Part shown: piece by piece, positions 48,806 through 58,329 of the stretch
Layout: every line of letters starts with the position of its first letter
Numbering within the stretch: position 1 is the first letter of the stretch
DNA from: an uncultured cyanobacterium
Lineage (GTDB): Bacteria; Cyanobacteriota; Cyanobacteriia; Pseudanabaenales; Pseudanabaenaceae
NCBI GenBank assembly: GCA_963703315.1
Contig: OY969811.1
Coordinates: forward strand, 3,680,001 to 3,744,000
Length of the DNA stretch: 64,000 bases
Reading direction: 5' to 3'
Position numbers and translations under genes: made by a program
The notes under the pieces: model-generated
Told to the model about the DNA's origin: nothing
The model's database searches: none
The model's input: only the letters and a program-made list of their open reading frames with translations

Positions 48806-48896
48806 TTCTAAAAGTTCAATGCGATCGCCTTGAACTTTTAGAAAATTCAAAGCGATCGCCTGTTTAGAAATTTAGGTAGTCAGAATTGAACGTTAA

Positions 48897-49661
48897 TTAC
48901 ACAACTACTTGGTTAGCAACAGTGCTATCGATCGCTTCTCTAAGAGAACGAACAGTTGCAATCATCGAAACCACGTCATTCAATTGGTTAACAGCCGAAC
49001 CAACACCAACACCTGATGCTCCCGCAGCGATCGCCATTGGAGCGGTGATATTGCTCAAGCCAGATGCACACATTACAGGGATGGAAACTGCGCGGCTGAT
49101 GGCGTGGGCAGCGGCGAGGGTAGGTGATGCCTTTTCGATCGCACCGAGGACACCTGCATGGGTTGGAGCCGAGCTTGTACCACCTTCGGTTTGAATGATG
49201 TCAGCACTGATCGCTTCGAGTTTCTCGGCGAGGGTGACTTGCTCATCGAGAGGCAAGGTGTGGGGAACAGTTACCGAGATGGCGGTATGGGGCAGTAAGG
49301 CTCTGGTTTCAGCAGTGAGGGCAATGATTTCATCGGCGGTAAATATACGACCTTGAGCGTAGAAGCTGTCGTAGTTACCGATTTCGACGAGATCTGCACC
49401 ATTGGCAACGGCTTCTGCTAATTTGTGAGCCTCGACTGCGGACACACAAATGGGCAAGGAACAGTTAGCCTTAGCGATCGCAATTAACTCAGCATCAGCA
49501 GCGATGTCAACAAAAGTCGCACCACCACGCTCGGCGGCTTGCACGACCATTTTCACGGAATTGCGATCAAAGTTGTGAAGACCACTAATAATCTTGAGAG
49601 CGCTGCGACGGCTAAATGCGGTTGCTAAGGTAAGAGGTAAACGAGACATAAGCTTTGTCAT
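48897..49661 (-). CDS. ycf23: DUF561 / Ycf23-family protein
   Basis: LKIISGLHNFD, GGATFVDIAAD, EIGNYDSFY, SVTVPH, IQTEGG. Start at 49661 or 49649; the ORF-track extension runs into a repeat. Confidence 0.88.
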   Translation of the reverse strand: MTKLMSRLPLTLATAFSRRSALKIISGLHNFDRNSVKMVVQAAERGGATFVDIAADAELIAIAKANCSLPICVSAVEAHKLAEAVANGADLVEIGNYDSFYAQGRIFTADEIIALTAETRALLPHTAISVTVPHTLPLDEQVTLAEKLEAISADIIQTEGGTSSAPTHAGVLGAIEKASPTLAAAHAISRAVSIPVMCASGLSNITAPMAIAAGASGVGVGSAVNQLNDVVSMIATVRSLREAIDSTVANQVVV

Positions 49662-49765
49662 CCTAATAGACTGAATATTTAGATGTAGGACTACTTTAAC
49701 GTGATTTTGCGTAAAACCCAAAGAGTGTGAGACGGCACGAAGCATCATCTCGCACTCTTTGGATT

Positions 49766-50326
49766 TTATATTTCAATACCAAAGAAATATTTCTGAATTA
49801 CCATACCTAATGTGGCATCTCCTAGAGGCAATTGACCGTTAAGCACATACTGATGATTCTGCCAAAGGGTTTGCAATTCCTGCTCTTTTAATTCCATTTC
49901 CGCAGCAGGAAGCAATTGTAAGTCCTGATCGTAGCGAATCATTTCTCTAGTACGTTCCAAATTAGACGATGAGAAGACCACTGTTTTCTCCCAATCTTCT
50001 ATCTCACCTTCTACGCACATCCAAGTTGATTGGCAACCATCAGAAAGCCAAGCTAATTTCCGCAAAATCACGCCATCTTGGGAATGTTCATAATCTAATT
50101 GATCATTGCTAGTATCGATCGCAATAAAAATCACTTCACCAAATTCTTCTGAAAGCTCTTGGGTCAAGTATCCCTCGCCCTCGAATACACCATCCATATA
50201 GCGATCGCCAAAATCGCAAACAATCCATTCCGTCTTCGGAATCCGTTCTAATTGTGAAAATCTCTCTTGTAATTGGGCGATCGGTTGCTGAGTTCTCACA
50301 AAGTAGGCATTATAAAATACGCTCAT
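49766..50326 (-). CDS. Hypothetical acidic protein
   Basis: 186-aa ORF co-oriented with neighbours; no family recognised. Confidence 0.65.
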   Translation of the reverse strand: MSVFYNAYFVRTQQPIAQLQERFSQLERIPKTEWIVCDFGDRYMDGVFEGEGYLTQELSEEFGEVIFIAIDTSNDQLDYEHSQDGVILRKLAWLSDGCQSTWMCVEGEIEDWEKTVVFSSSNLERTREMIRYDQDLQLLPAAEMELKEQELQTLWQNHQYVLNGQLPLGDATLGMVIQKYFFGIEI

Positions 50327-50408
50327 AGTTTATATATCCCAATCCTGACGTATTAAGCAATAATTCGGACATTAAAGGGTGGTGCTTTGCACCACCCTTT
50401 AATAATAT

Positions 50409-51995
50409 CTAGCTTGCTAAATCAAGTTCTCTTTCGGGAGCAGATTGGAGTTTTTTCAAGCGTTCTTCTTCTGCCCGATAGACAGTTAGCTGACCTTCAA
50501 TCTCTCTTCGCACGATATCGCGGTATTCCAAGAAATGTTCATTGTGAGCGCAGACAGTCAGATAATGATCCCATACCGCAGGATTGCGCTTAATCATGCT
50601 AAATAGATGATGCCAGAATTTCCAACGGGTGTTACGCTTAAAGCCTTGTCGCCATACCACGATCGCTAATGCTCTCAGATCAACTAAACTTGGTATTTTC
50701 GCAGGAGCCTCTACCCTTGGCTTACCGAGTTTGAGGAAGTAGCTGTAAATGCGATCGAGATAAGCATTGGGTTCATACAAAGCACAGAAGGCTTCGACAT
50801 ACTCATTCGCAATTTCTTCCACAGGTCTGGTCGGAATGAAATTCATCAGCGTTGTCTGATTGAGATTCCCATCTGGAGTTCGCAACCGTCCTTCTTTTTC
50901 CAGACGATGCCAAAGAGCCGTATGGGGTAAGGCTTGGAGCATCGCAAAGGTAGTAGTGGGAATGCCCGTAAGTTCGGCAAAACGCACAATGCGATCGCCT
51001 GCTCCCGACTTCTCTCCATCAAAACCAATAATGAATCCTGCCATGACTCGCAAACCAGTTCTGGTAATTGTCTCCACAGAATCTAAGAGAGAAGATCGAG
51101 TGTTCTGGAACTTCTTAGTTAGTTGCAAGCTATCTTCATCGGGTGTTTCAATACCAAGGAATACGGCTTTAAAGTTGCATTCCATCATCATATCCATCAG
51201 TTCTTGATCACCTGCCAGATCAATTGAGGCTTCAGTATCAAAAGCAAAAGGATAGTTATGTTCTTGTTGCCAAATCTTCAACTCTTGAAGCAGCAATCTC
51301 ACATTGCGCTTATTGCCAATGAAGTTGTCGTCCACCATGAAGACACCACGCCGCCAGCCCAGATTGTAGAGATATTCGAGTTCGGCTATTAGCTGAGCAG
51401 GGGTTTTCGTACGTGGTTTCCGTCCATACAATACGATAATGTCGCAGAATTCGCATTGGAAGGGACAGCCGCGTGAGAATTGCACCGACATCGAGTCGTA
51501 GGCTTCAAGCTCTAACAAGTCGTAGCGAGGCACTGGTGTACTGGTGACATCAGGTTTTTCACTAGTGCGGAAAATACCACTGGGTTCACCCTTAGCGATC
51601 GCCTCGACAAACATCGGCAAGGTAATTTCGCCCTCATCCAAAATCAGATAGTCTACACCTGCGGCAAGAGGCTCATCAGGTGTCGAAGTGGGATAGGGAC
51701 CGCCACAGGCAACTTTTTTACCCCGCCTTTTAGATTCCTTAATCAAGTCTAAAAGATCATTCTTCTGAACGATCATTGCCGAGATAATGACCATATCAGC
51801 CCATTGCCATTCTGCCTCGGTGATATCGCGCACATTGCGATCGACCAATTTAAAGTTCCATTCTTGGGGCAGAATTGCCGCAACCGTAATCAAACCTAGA
51901 GGCGGTAGTAACACTTTTCGGTTTACTAGCTCTAGGATTTTTTCGTAAGACCAAAATGTTTTTGGAAAAAGTGGGTAAACCAGTAGAACGTTCAT
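50409..51995 (-). CDS. B12-binding class B radical SAM protein (DUF4070)
   Basis: LPPLGLITVAA, GGPYPT, SRGCPFQCEFC, VDDNFIGN. Confidence 0.92.
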   Translation of the reverse strand: MNVLLVYPLFPKTFWSYEKILELVNRKVLLPPLGLITVAAILPQEWNFKLVDRNVRDITEAEWQWADMVIISAMIVQKNDLLDLIKESKRRGKKVACGGPYPTSTPDEPLAAGVDYLILDEGEITLPMFVEAIAKGEPSGIFRTSEKPDVTSTPVPRYDLLELEAYDSMSVQFSRGCPFQCEFCDIIVLYGRKPRTKTPAQLIAELEYLYNLGWRRGVFMVDDNFIGNKRNVRLLLQELKIWQQEHNYPFAFDTEASIDLAGDQELMDMMMECNFKAVFLGIETPDEDSLQLTKKFQNTRSSLLDSVETITRTGLRVMAGFIIGFDGEKSGAGDRIVRFAELTGIPTTTFAMLQALPHTALWHRLEKEGRLRTPDGNLNQTTLMNFIPTRPVEEIANEYVEAFCALYEPNAYLDRIYSYFLKLGKPRVEAPAKIPSLVDLRALAIVVWRQGFKRNTRWKFWHHLFSMIKRNPAVWDHYLTVCAHNEHFLEYRDIVRREIEGQLTVYRAEEERLKKLQSAPERELDLAS

Positions 51996-52028
51996 GCCTG
52001 TTTTGGGGTTAAGTGGGCGGATATTCTA

Positions 52029-52121
52029 CCCTCATCCCCCAATCCCTTTTCCCATAATAGGAGAAGGGGAGAAAGAAAATTTTCTTTCTCCCTCTCCTGC
52101 GGGAGAGGGCTGGGGTGAGGG
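52029..52121. repeat. REP-like CCCTCACCCC/CCCTCTCC palindromic element
   Basis: CCCTCATCCCC...CCCTCTCCTGCGGGAGAGGGCTGGGGTGAGGG. Confidence 0.65.
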
Positions 52122-52124
52122 CAT

Positions 52125-52586
52125 TTAGACAGCAGGAAAACCTGTACGGATGTCTTCGATGATGCCGTCACGAAGGACGATTTCTACACGCATTTGGGCG
52201 ATTAAGTTATCACCTTTAGCAGCAGGAAAATAGCTATCAAGTTGACCTTGCGAAACTTCTTGCTCTAGTTCTAGGTTCTGCACTTGGGTCAATTGAGTTA
52301 GCAATTGATTCTTTTGTTCTAGTAATTCGGCTTTCACCCGATTCATCTCTGCACGAATGCCTTCGATCGCATTGGCAACTTCCGCAGAAAATGGTTTGAT
52401 GCTTTGGCGTTCGATCTCATTGATTTGGCGAGAGCCTTGAGCATCGACTTGTTGTACTTGGGCATCAATTTGAGCAATTTGTTGTTGCAGTTGTTGCTGC
52501 ATTTCCTCTTTCCAGCGTTGCGTCACAATCACTTGAATATTGGCAGTGCGACGTAATAAAAGCTGATTAGAAAAATCGAAACTCAC
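52125..52586 (-). CDS. YlqD-family protein
   Basis: LLLRRTANIQVIVTQRWKEE, coiled coil, LELEQEVSQGQLDSYF..GDNL..VEIVLRDG. Confidence 0.88.
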   Translation of the reverse strand: MSFDFSNQLLLRRTANIQVIVTQRWKEEMQQQLQQQIAQIDAQVQQVDAQGSRQINEIERQSIKPFSAEVANAIEGIRAEMNRVKAELLEQKNQLLTQLTQVQNLELEQEVSQGQLDSYFPAAKGDNLIAQMRVEIVLRDGIIEDIRTGFPAV

Positions 52587-52626
52587 AATTATCTCCAGAT
52601 TAGTAAGGTTGTTTTAATGCGATGCA

Positions 52627-54510
52627 TTATGAAGTAAACATTTTGACAATAATATCTTGATAACGCTCAAATACGATGTTACGTCTGATCTTGAATGTTT
52701 GCGTGAGAAACCCATTGTCGATGGTAAAGGGTTCGGGCAAGAACTCAAAAACGCCAATGCGATCGTTGATGCTATAGCCTGGGCGGTTTTGAACTTCACG
52801 GTTAAGTTCTTCCCGATAAAGATTGCGAATCTTGGGCTGATTTAACTCTGGCAAAATACTCGCTAAGTCAGACTCGGCAGGAATCAAACCTGCGGCTTCG
52901 AGAGCAGAGAGATTGGGAACAATCAAAACACCTAGTTGTTTTTGATCTTGCCCCACTAGCACCACCTGATCAATGTAGGGGCTACGAATACAAGCATCTT
53001 CGATGGGTTGTGGCTCAATATTTTCGCCATTTGTTAAAACGATCGTATCTTTAGCGCGACCTGTAATGATTAAGTCATCCCATTTACTGACATAACCTAA
53101 ATCTCCTGTGTCAAACCAGCCCTGCGGATCGATCGCTTTGGCAGTGGCTTCAGAATTTTTGTAATAGCCCTGCATCACTTGTGGACCGCGAATCAGGACT
53201 AGACCATGCTGACCGATTGGCACATCCTTGCGCGTGGATAGATCCACAATGCGAGTTTCAGTTTTGATCAAGGGTTGTCCATCACCACCGCGAATATTGC
53301 GAGCGGGGCGGCGGACATGGGTAATTGGCGAAGTTTCGGTTAAGCCATAGCCACCCAAAATCTCGATACCAACAATTTCATAAAAGTCTTCCAGATGTTC
53401 GGCGATCGAGCCGCCACCACTAACGATGTATTTAAAGTTGCCTCCCGTTGCTTCGCGGACTTTTTGGTAAACCAATTTATCTCCCAGCTTGTGAAACGCC
53501 CATAGCCCGATCACTAGAGGTAAGGCAAGCAATTTCTCGCCTAAGGAAGGATACAGATTTTCCACATTTAATCCTTGAAAAACTCGCTTAGCGACAATAT
53601 ATTTCTGACTAGCATTAAAGAAAAATTTAACTAGCCCTTGTTTATTTGCAGGTTGTTCACGGAAGTTTTTCTGGACACCTTCATAGATTGATTCCCATAG
53701 GCGCGGTACTGCCACCATGTAATGCGGTTTATGCTCTTTTAAATCCTTTTTGATGGTGCGAAGATTGGTGTAAATCTGGGTGCATCCCTGAGAAAAAATA
53801 AAATATTCAAAGGTGCGCTCGTAAGAATGCCATGTCGGTAAGATACTTAATACTTTTTCGTTCACATTTAGTTGTAAAACCTGTTGCGCTGCTTCCACTT
53901 CATAGAGGAAATTGCCGTGAGTGAGCATGACCCCCTTCGGTCTTGCGGTTGTGCCTGAGGTATAGATCAAAGTCGCAAGGGTATCGCGTTGAATTTGCGG
54001 ATTGCCCAAGTCTTTGCCACTACCCAATGCTAATAATTGCTGGAAGTTATAGGCTCCTTCGGGGGCGGGTTCATCAGAAAGCAAAATAATTTGCTTGACT
54101 GGTAATGTATGTAGTTCAGGTTCGAGCTTTTGGAGAGTGGCGAGATTTTCAACAACGATCGCCACGCTATCACTATGCTCGATGATATAGAGCAGTTCGC
54201 TACGTTCGGCTTGGGAACTGCGCGTTGCATTCGCCGCCCCGATCGCTAAAATCCCTTGATCAGCAATTAACCAACGTGGTGAGTTATCGGCAATTAACGC
54301 CACTTTGTCGCCAAACTGGACACCTAGCGATCTCAGCCCTGCCCCGAAAGCATTTATTTGCTCAAAGGTATCTTTATAGGAAATGCGGACAGGCGGCTTA
54401 GCATGAGGATCATGGAGGGCGATCGCATCAGGATGTGCTTTTGCACCCTGTTCCCATACTTGCCAGAGGCTAGTTGCGGAGGAGATAGCAAAATTATTTT
54501 CAGTAGGCAT
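52627..54510 (-). CDS. aas: Long-chain acyl-ACP/CoA synthetase
   Basis: IYTSGTTARPKGVMLTH, GYGLTET, WFDTGDLG, GRAKDTIVL.NGENIEP; adjacent to ylqD. Confidence 0.88.
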   Translation of the reverse strand: MPTENNFAISSATSLWQVWEQGAKAHPDAIALHDPHAKPPVRISYKDTFEQINAFGAGLRSLGVQFGDKVALIADNSPRWLIADQGILAIGAANATRSSQAERSELLYIIEHSDSVAIVVENLATLQKLEPELHTLPVKQIILLSDEPAPEGAYNFQQLLALGSGKDLGNPQIQRDTLATLIYTSGTTARPKGVMLTHGNFLYEVEAAQQVLQLNVNEKVLSILPTWHSYERTFEYFIFSQGCTQIYTNLRTIKKDLKEHKPHYMVAVPRLWESIYEGVQKNFREQPANKQGLVKFFFNASQKYIVAKRVFQGLNVENLYPSLGEKLLALPLVIGLWAFHKLGDKLVYQKVREATGGNFKYIVSGGGSIAEHLEDFYEIVGIEILGGYGLTETSPITHVRRPARNIRGGDGQPLIKTETRIVDLSTRKDVPIGQHGLVLIRGPQVMQGYYKNSEATAKAIDPQGWFDTGDLGYVSKWDDLIITGRAKDTIVLTNGENIEPQPIEDACIRSPYIDQVVLVGQDQKQLGVLIVPNLSALEAAGLIPAESDLASILPELNQPKIRNLYREELNREVQNRPGYSINDRIGVFEFLPEPFTIDNGFLTQTFKIRRNIVFERYQDIIVKMFTS

Positions 54511-54587
54511 ATTTTTTTAAATTTAAACAATAAATGATTTTTATAATGTTATGGGTGGCTCAAAGAGTCGCCCATAACCTCTTTTAT

Positions 54588-55439
54588 TCACAATTCATCG
54601 GGATTAATTCCCTGCGATCGCAAATAGTTAGCTAATTTTTCAGCACGCTCATTGGCTTGTTCGGCACGTAAACGCTCCTGTTCAGCAATTTGATGCTCCT
54701 GTTCAGCACGTAAACGCTCTTGCTCGGCACGTAAGCGCTCTTGCTCGGCACGTAAGCGCTCTTGTCCAGCAATTTGACGCTCTTGCTCAACTAGCTCCAC
54801 CGCCCAAGGCAAAATCCTGCCTAGCTCATCCCACCAACGTAGCCAGTAACCATTGCGTTGTTCTTTTTCACCTTGCCATATTCCTAAGTAAAGCTTCATC
54901 GACTCAATCCAGAAATGCCCTTCAGGATTGGGCTGAGCAAGTTCATAGCGATCTGCTTGCAGATTATGGACTTCTAAGTTCCCTGTCACTGGCTCAAAAA
55001 TAACGTAAACAGGTACACGTAAAATTTGCTCGTAAAAGAACCATTTACCTAAAGGGAAAGTTCGTTTCATGGAATATTCGCCTCCATCAGTATGAGACAA
55101 AAATTCCATGACTACGCTCGGTGTCGCCCCCTCAAGGATTGGTGTATAGCTACGGCGATCGCGAATAGTTTCGAGTTTCTGTACTGATGGCACATATAAC
55201 CAATCGGGAGCTTTGATGGCTAGCTGTTCGTTAACGGTGGCACATAGTCCGAAGTTAGAGCCAATCAACATTTCTGGCTGAATAAAGCCCACCAATTCCA
55301 AACTTTCGCGTAAAGCTCCTGCTAAAAGTGGTTGACCTTCATTTTCCACAGGTTCCTCCTCTAGCACTACATCATCTGGTAATTTTTCCCACTTAATTAT
55401 GAGGGGAGATTTCAAAATAGAAGGGGGTGTTGCAACCAT
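54588..55439 (-). CDS. Uma2-family endonuclease with coiled-coil tail
   Basis: KAPDW, VMEFLS, GKWFFYEQIL, WLRWWD; C-terminal (AEQERLR)n encoded by 21-nt repeats at about 54658-54790. Confidence 0.9.
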   Translation of the reverse strand: MVATPPSILKSPLIIKWEKLPDDVVLEEEPVENEGQPLLAGALRESLELVGFIQPEMLIGSNFGLCATVNEQLAIKAPDWLYVPSVQKLETIRDRRSYTPILEGATPSVVMEFLSHTDGGEYSMKRTFPLGKWFFYEQILRVPVYVIFEPVTGNLEVHNLQADRYELAQPNPEGHFWIESMKLYLGIWQGEKEQRNGYWLRWWDELGRILPWAVELVEQERQIAGQERLRAEQERLRAEQERLRAEQEHQIAEQERLRAEQANERAEKLANYLRSQGINPDEL

Positions 55440-55522
55440 ATATCCTCCAAAAACCTAGCCAAAAACCTAGTGAGCTAAAGCAGAATTTTGGGTAGCGCGG
55501 CTTTGCTGTGCTACCCAAAAAA

Positions 55523-55747
55523 TCAACTTTTAACAAAGGCGATCGCGTGTTGCCAAATCACAATCTTGTGACCAGAGACATCAATCCCTATGCACTGATC
55601 ATCAATCCACAGAATTTTGCCGCGCAGTTGGTCGCCTGTCATTAATTTTACTTCGATTTCACTTTTATCGCGAATCAGACCATGAATGCGGCGAATACTT
55701 GGCAGAGAGGTATTGAGTCCGATTTTGGTAGGTGTTGGGGCGCTCAT
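55523..55747 (-). CDS. hfq: Cyanobacterial Hfq
   Basis: LPSIRRIH.LIRDK.EIEVKLMTGD.L.GKILWID..CI, IWQHAIAFV. Confidence 0.88.
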   Translation of the reverse strand: MSAPTPTKIGLNTSLPSIRRIHGLIRDKSEIEVKLMTGDQLRGKILWIDDQCIGIDVSGHKIVIWQHAIAFVKS

Positions 55748-55798
55748 CTTCTTAACCTATGGCAGTTTTACGAATATTATCATTTTTAAGGAAAGTAA

Positions 55799-55902
55799 TA
55801 AGTAGCTCAGCATAGTTAAAAAACAAAACCAGAGCTTGTGCCGCCCGCTACGCGGGCGGCACAAGCTTCTAGGTTTTAAGTTTACTTATGCCTAGCTACT
55901 TA
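55799..55902. mobile_element. MITE family C, copy 2 (better preserved)
   Basis: TIRs TAAGTAGCT...AGCTACTTA; hairpin AGCTTGTGCCGCCCGC-TAC-GCGGGCGGCACAAGCT. Confidence 0.8.
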
Positions 55903-55963
55903 GTCTATTAAAATCTCCAAAAGATAAAGGCAGGGCAAAGCCCTGCCTTTATCTTTTGGATGG

Positions 55964-56818
55964 TTAAGTCTGAAAAAGATTGTTAAAATTAAGCGATCTT
56001 TGTCGCTCTGATAAAAAACGTTGGGTTTCGTCATCTATCTGTAGCGCAATTTCTGCGTCACTCTTAACAGGGGGCGGTGACGACTGCATTGCATTGAGTT
56101 TGAAGGTTACTTGCTGCACCATCAGTTGCCGAGCATTAAGGTCAACATTAACTTCTAGAGCTTGACTACCAAGAATTTCTGCGAGTTTTTTATTGACGAA
56201 GGATTCGGTTATGTTTTCGAGGGGCTGATTGAGTAACTGTCGATCGCCCAAAATGCTCTTTGTCAATAACTCTTCGATATTCCCAAATTGCAATAATTGT
56301 GACAACTTCTGTGCGATCGCTACGGACTCAGCGCCGATTACTTGCTCTAGGGCAGTTGATACATCAAATTTTGAAGTTACTTTTTGAATTAGCGATTCGA
56401 CTTCGGCTTTGCGGAGTTGGGTATTTTCAATTAGAGGAATAATCGATAAAACTGTCTTTGGTACATCTAATTCCTGATCTGGTTGAAAATTTTGGATGTA
56501 GGCGGTGAGGGTATTGAGTACCTGATTTTCTAGTGTTTGCCGCCATTGAGCGACATCTTGAATCAAGGTTGCGGTAGTTGAGTCCACAATGGAATTAACA
56601 GTATCTTTGGCGTTAAATTGTTGGACTGCCTGTTGAACCAAATGTTCATACTGTTCAGGAGCGATCGCGATATTTCCTTGTTTTTGTTGAAACCTTAAAA
56701 TCGAACTGGAGATGGCAGCGAGTTCTTCGGGGGTATTAGCTGTCTCAAAACGGCTCACATAGGCTTGGAGATTATTTGTCAGATTTTTGAATAGAGATTG
56801 GGCAGCACTATCAATCAT
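55964..56818 (-). CDS. Hypothetical helical Q/L-rich protein
   Basis: 284-aa ORF with AGAGGG RBS; no family recognised. Confidence 0.7.
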   Translation of the reverse strand: MIDSAAQSLFKNLTNNLQAYVSRFETANTPEELAAISSSILRFQQKQGNIAIAPEQYEHLVQQAVQQFNAKDTVNSIVDSTTATLIQDVAQWRQTLENQVLNTLTAYIQNFQPDQELDVPKTVLSIIPLIENTQLRKAEVESLIQKVTSKFDVSTALEQVIGAESVAIAQKLSQLLQFGNIEELLTKSILGDRQLLNQPLENITESFVNKKLAEILGSQALEVNVDLNARQLMVQQVTFKLNAMQSSPPPVKSDAEIALQIDDETQRFLSERQRSLNFNNLFQT

Positions 56819-56881
56819 GGAACCCTCTTTACATTAAATATAAAACTCTAAAACCTGTGGCGATCGCCACAGGTTTTAGAA

Positions 56882-58102
56882 CTAGAAACTACCTCGCATG
56901 ACTTGATTGAGCATAGCCTCAACCTGCGTGCCAAGTTGCGTATTACTCATACCCAGTTGATCTAAAACACTCAGTGATAATTCTAGCGATCGCAAAGATT
57001 TACCTTGATATTGGTATTGAAAATGTGAATTACTACATAACTGATAGAGACAAGCCAAGTCGTATAGAGCTTTGGCATAGTCAAACATCATTCCCAACTG
57101 TTCAAAAATAAATGAAGCATCGAGTAATGAGTCTTGTGCGGTTTCGATCGCCTCTTCATTGAGGACATCTAGTCCTTCGAGCAAACGGTAAGTATAGATC
57201 CGACCTCGAATATGTTTGGCGATCGCCATGCCCCTTTGATATTCAAAGTTACGGAAACGAGCCAAAGCATTAGTTTTAATGCAGATTAGACTTTCTTCAA
57301 TTTGGAGATCGCCTAGTAATGCTTCAGCCAAATCACAATATAAGTAACCTAGTTCAATCGAATCAACAGGTTCTTTGAGTAAGACGATCGCATCTTTAAG
57401 TAAGGCGATCGCGGTTTGCCATTGACTCTCAGTGATGGCGACTTTTGCTAATCCTTTGAGAGCTTGGAGTCGCAAAAAGTTATCGGACGTAGTTAAAGAA
57501 ATGTCGAGTGTATTTTGAAAAAGACTTGTCGCTTGATTAATATCCCCCGAAGCTAAATATACTTGCCCCAGATAAGCATAGCTTTTACCTATAGCTGAAT
57601 CATTGGCGGTGGAGTCAAGTCGGATTGACAAAGCTCGTTCAAAACTCATTAAGGCAGATTGCAGATCATTGATGCGTAGATAATATTGACCGATCGCATC
57701 ATCAGTGAGGGCTTTTCCTTCAAACTGATTACCATACGCAGTATAGGCAGCTTGCAGAAGCGTGACAACGTCACTCAATTTCCCTAGTTCGAGTGCCAAA
57801 ATTGCCTTTACATAAAACAGATAAGCTTGCTGCTCATCATTTTCTGAGCCTTGATTGAAGGTATTATCTGCACGTTGAACAAGATCTGCTGCCCTTTGTA
57901 ATGATTCAGGTTGTTTAGTGGCAATTAACTCCACTGCTAAGTCAAGTAAAATTCTTACCTTCGTACTGGAATCAGATTCTGAACTTTTGCTAGTTGTGTT
58001 TTGTAGACATTGTTCAAAATAGGCGATCGCTAAAGTCCGATCTTGTTGCCGCAACTGCTGTCCTTGGATCAGAAATTCAGCTAACTTCATGGGAATCTCC
58101 AA
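56882..58102 (-). CDS. Tetratricopeptide-repeat protein
   Basis: Multiple TPR units (AIGQYY..ALMSFERAL, SYAYLGQVY). Confidence 0.85.
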   Translation of the reverse strand: MEIPMKLAEFLIQGQQLRQQDRTLAIAYFEQCLQNTTSKSSESDSSTKVRILLDLAVELIATKQPESLQRAADLVQRADNTFNQGSENDEQQAYLFYVKAILALELGKLSDVVTLLQAAYTAYGNQFEGKALTDDAIGQYYLRINDLQSALMSFERALSIRLDSTANDSAIGKSYAYLGQVYLASGDINQATSLFQNTLDISLTTSDNFLRLQALKGLAKVAITESQWQTAIALLKDAIVLLKEPVDSIELGYLYCDLAEALLGDLQIEESLICIKTNALARFRNFEYQRGMAIAKHIRGRIYTYRLLEGLDVLNEEAIETAQDSLLDASFIFEQLGMMFDYAKALYDLACLYQLCSNSHFQYQYQGKSLRSLELSLSVLDQLGMSNTQLGTQVEAMLNQVMRGSF

Positions 58103-58186
58103 AATTATGTATGCAAATCACCTATGCTGTAGGCTTTACAAGGCATATTTACTATCGTACCCAAAATCTTCTATGGAATTGTCAAC

Positions 58187-58329
58187 TAATACCAAAACAC
58201 AAAATGGCTACGCCATTTCCACTGAAAGAATAGGTGTTGTAAAGTGAATAATTAGTGGTGCGCGGCTCCGCCGCGCACCACTAATTATTCACTGGGAAGG
58301 GATTAGCACATTTTCGTGAATTGGTATTA
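58187..58329. mobile_element. MITE family E, copy 2, with a family F hairpin in its interior
   Basis: Ends TAATACCAA...TTGGTATTA; flanks match 38698-38802; interior AGTGAATAATTAGTGGTGCGCGGC-TCC-GCCGCGCACCACTAATTATTCACT. Confidence 0.75.

Noticed and set aside
50409..51995. Radical SAM protein as hopanoid methylase HpnP
   Set aside because: Same superfamily, but it looks like the widespread DUF4070 paralog and no hpn genes are nearby; phylogeny would be needed.
54658..54790. 21-nt tandem repeats as a possible CRISPR array
   Set aside because: No unique spacers; they encode the AEQERLR coiled-coil tail common in Uma2 proteins. No CRISPR array or cas genes were seen in the window.
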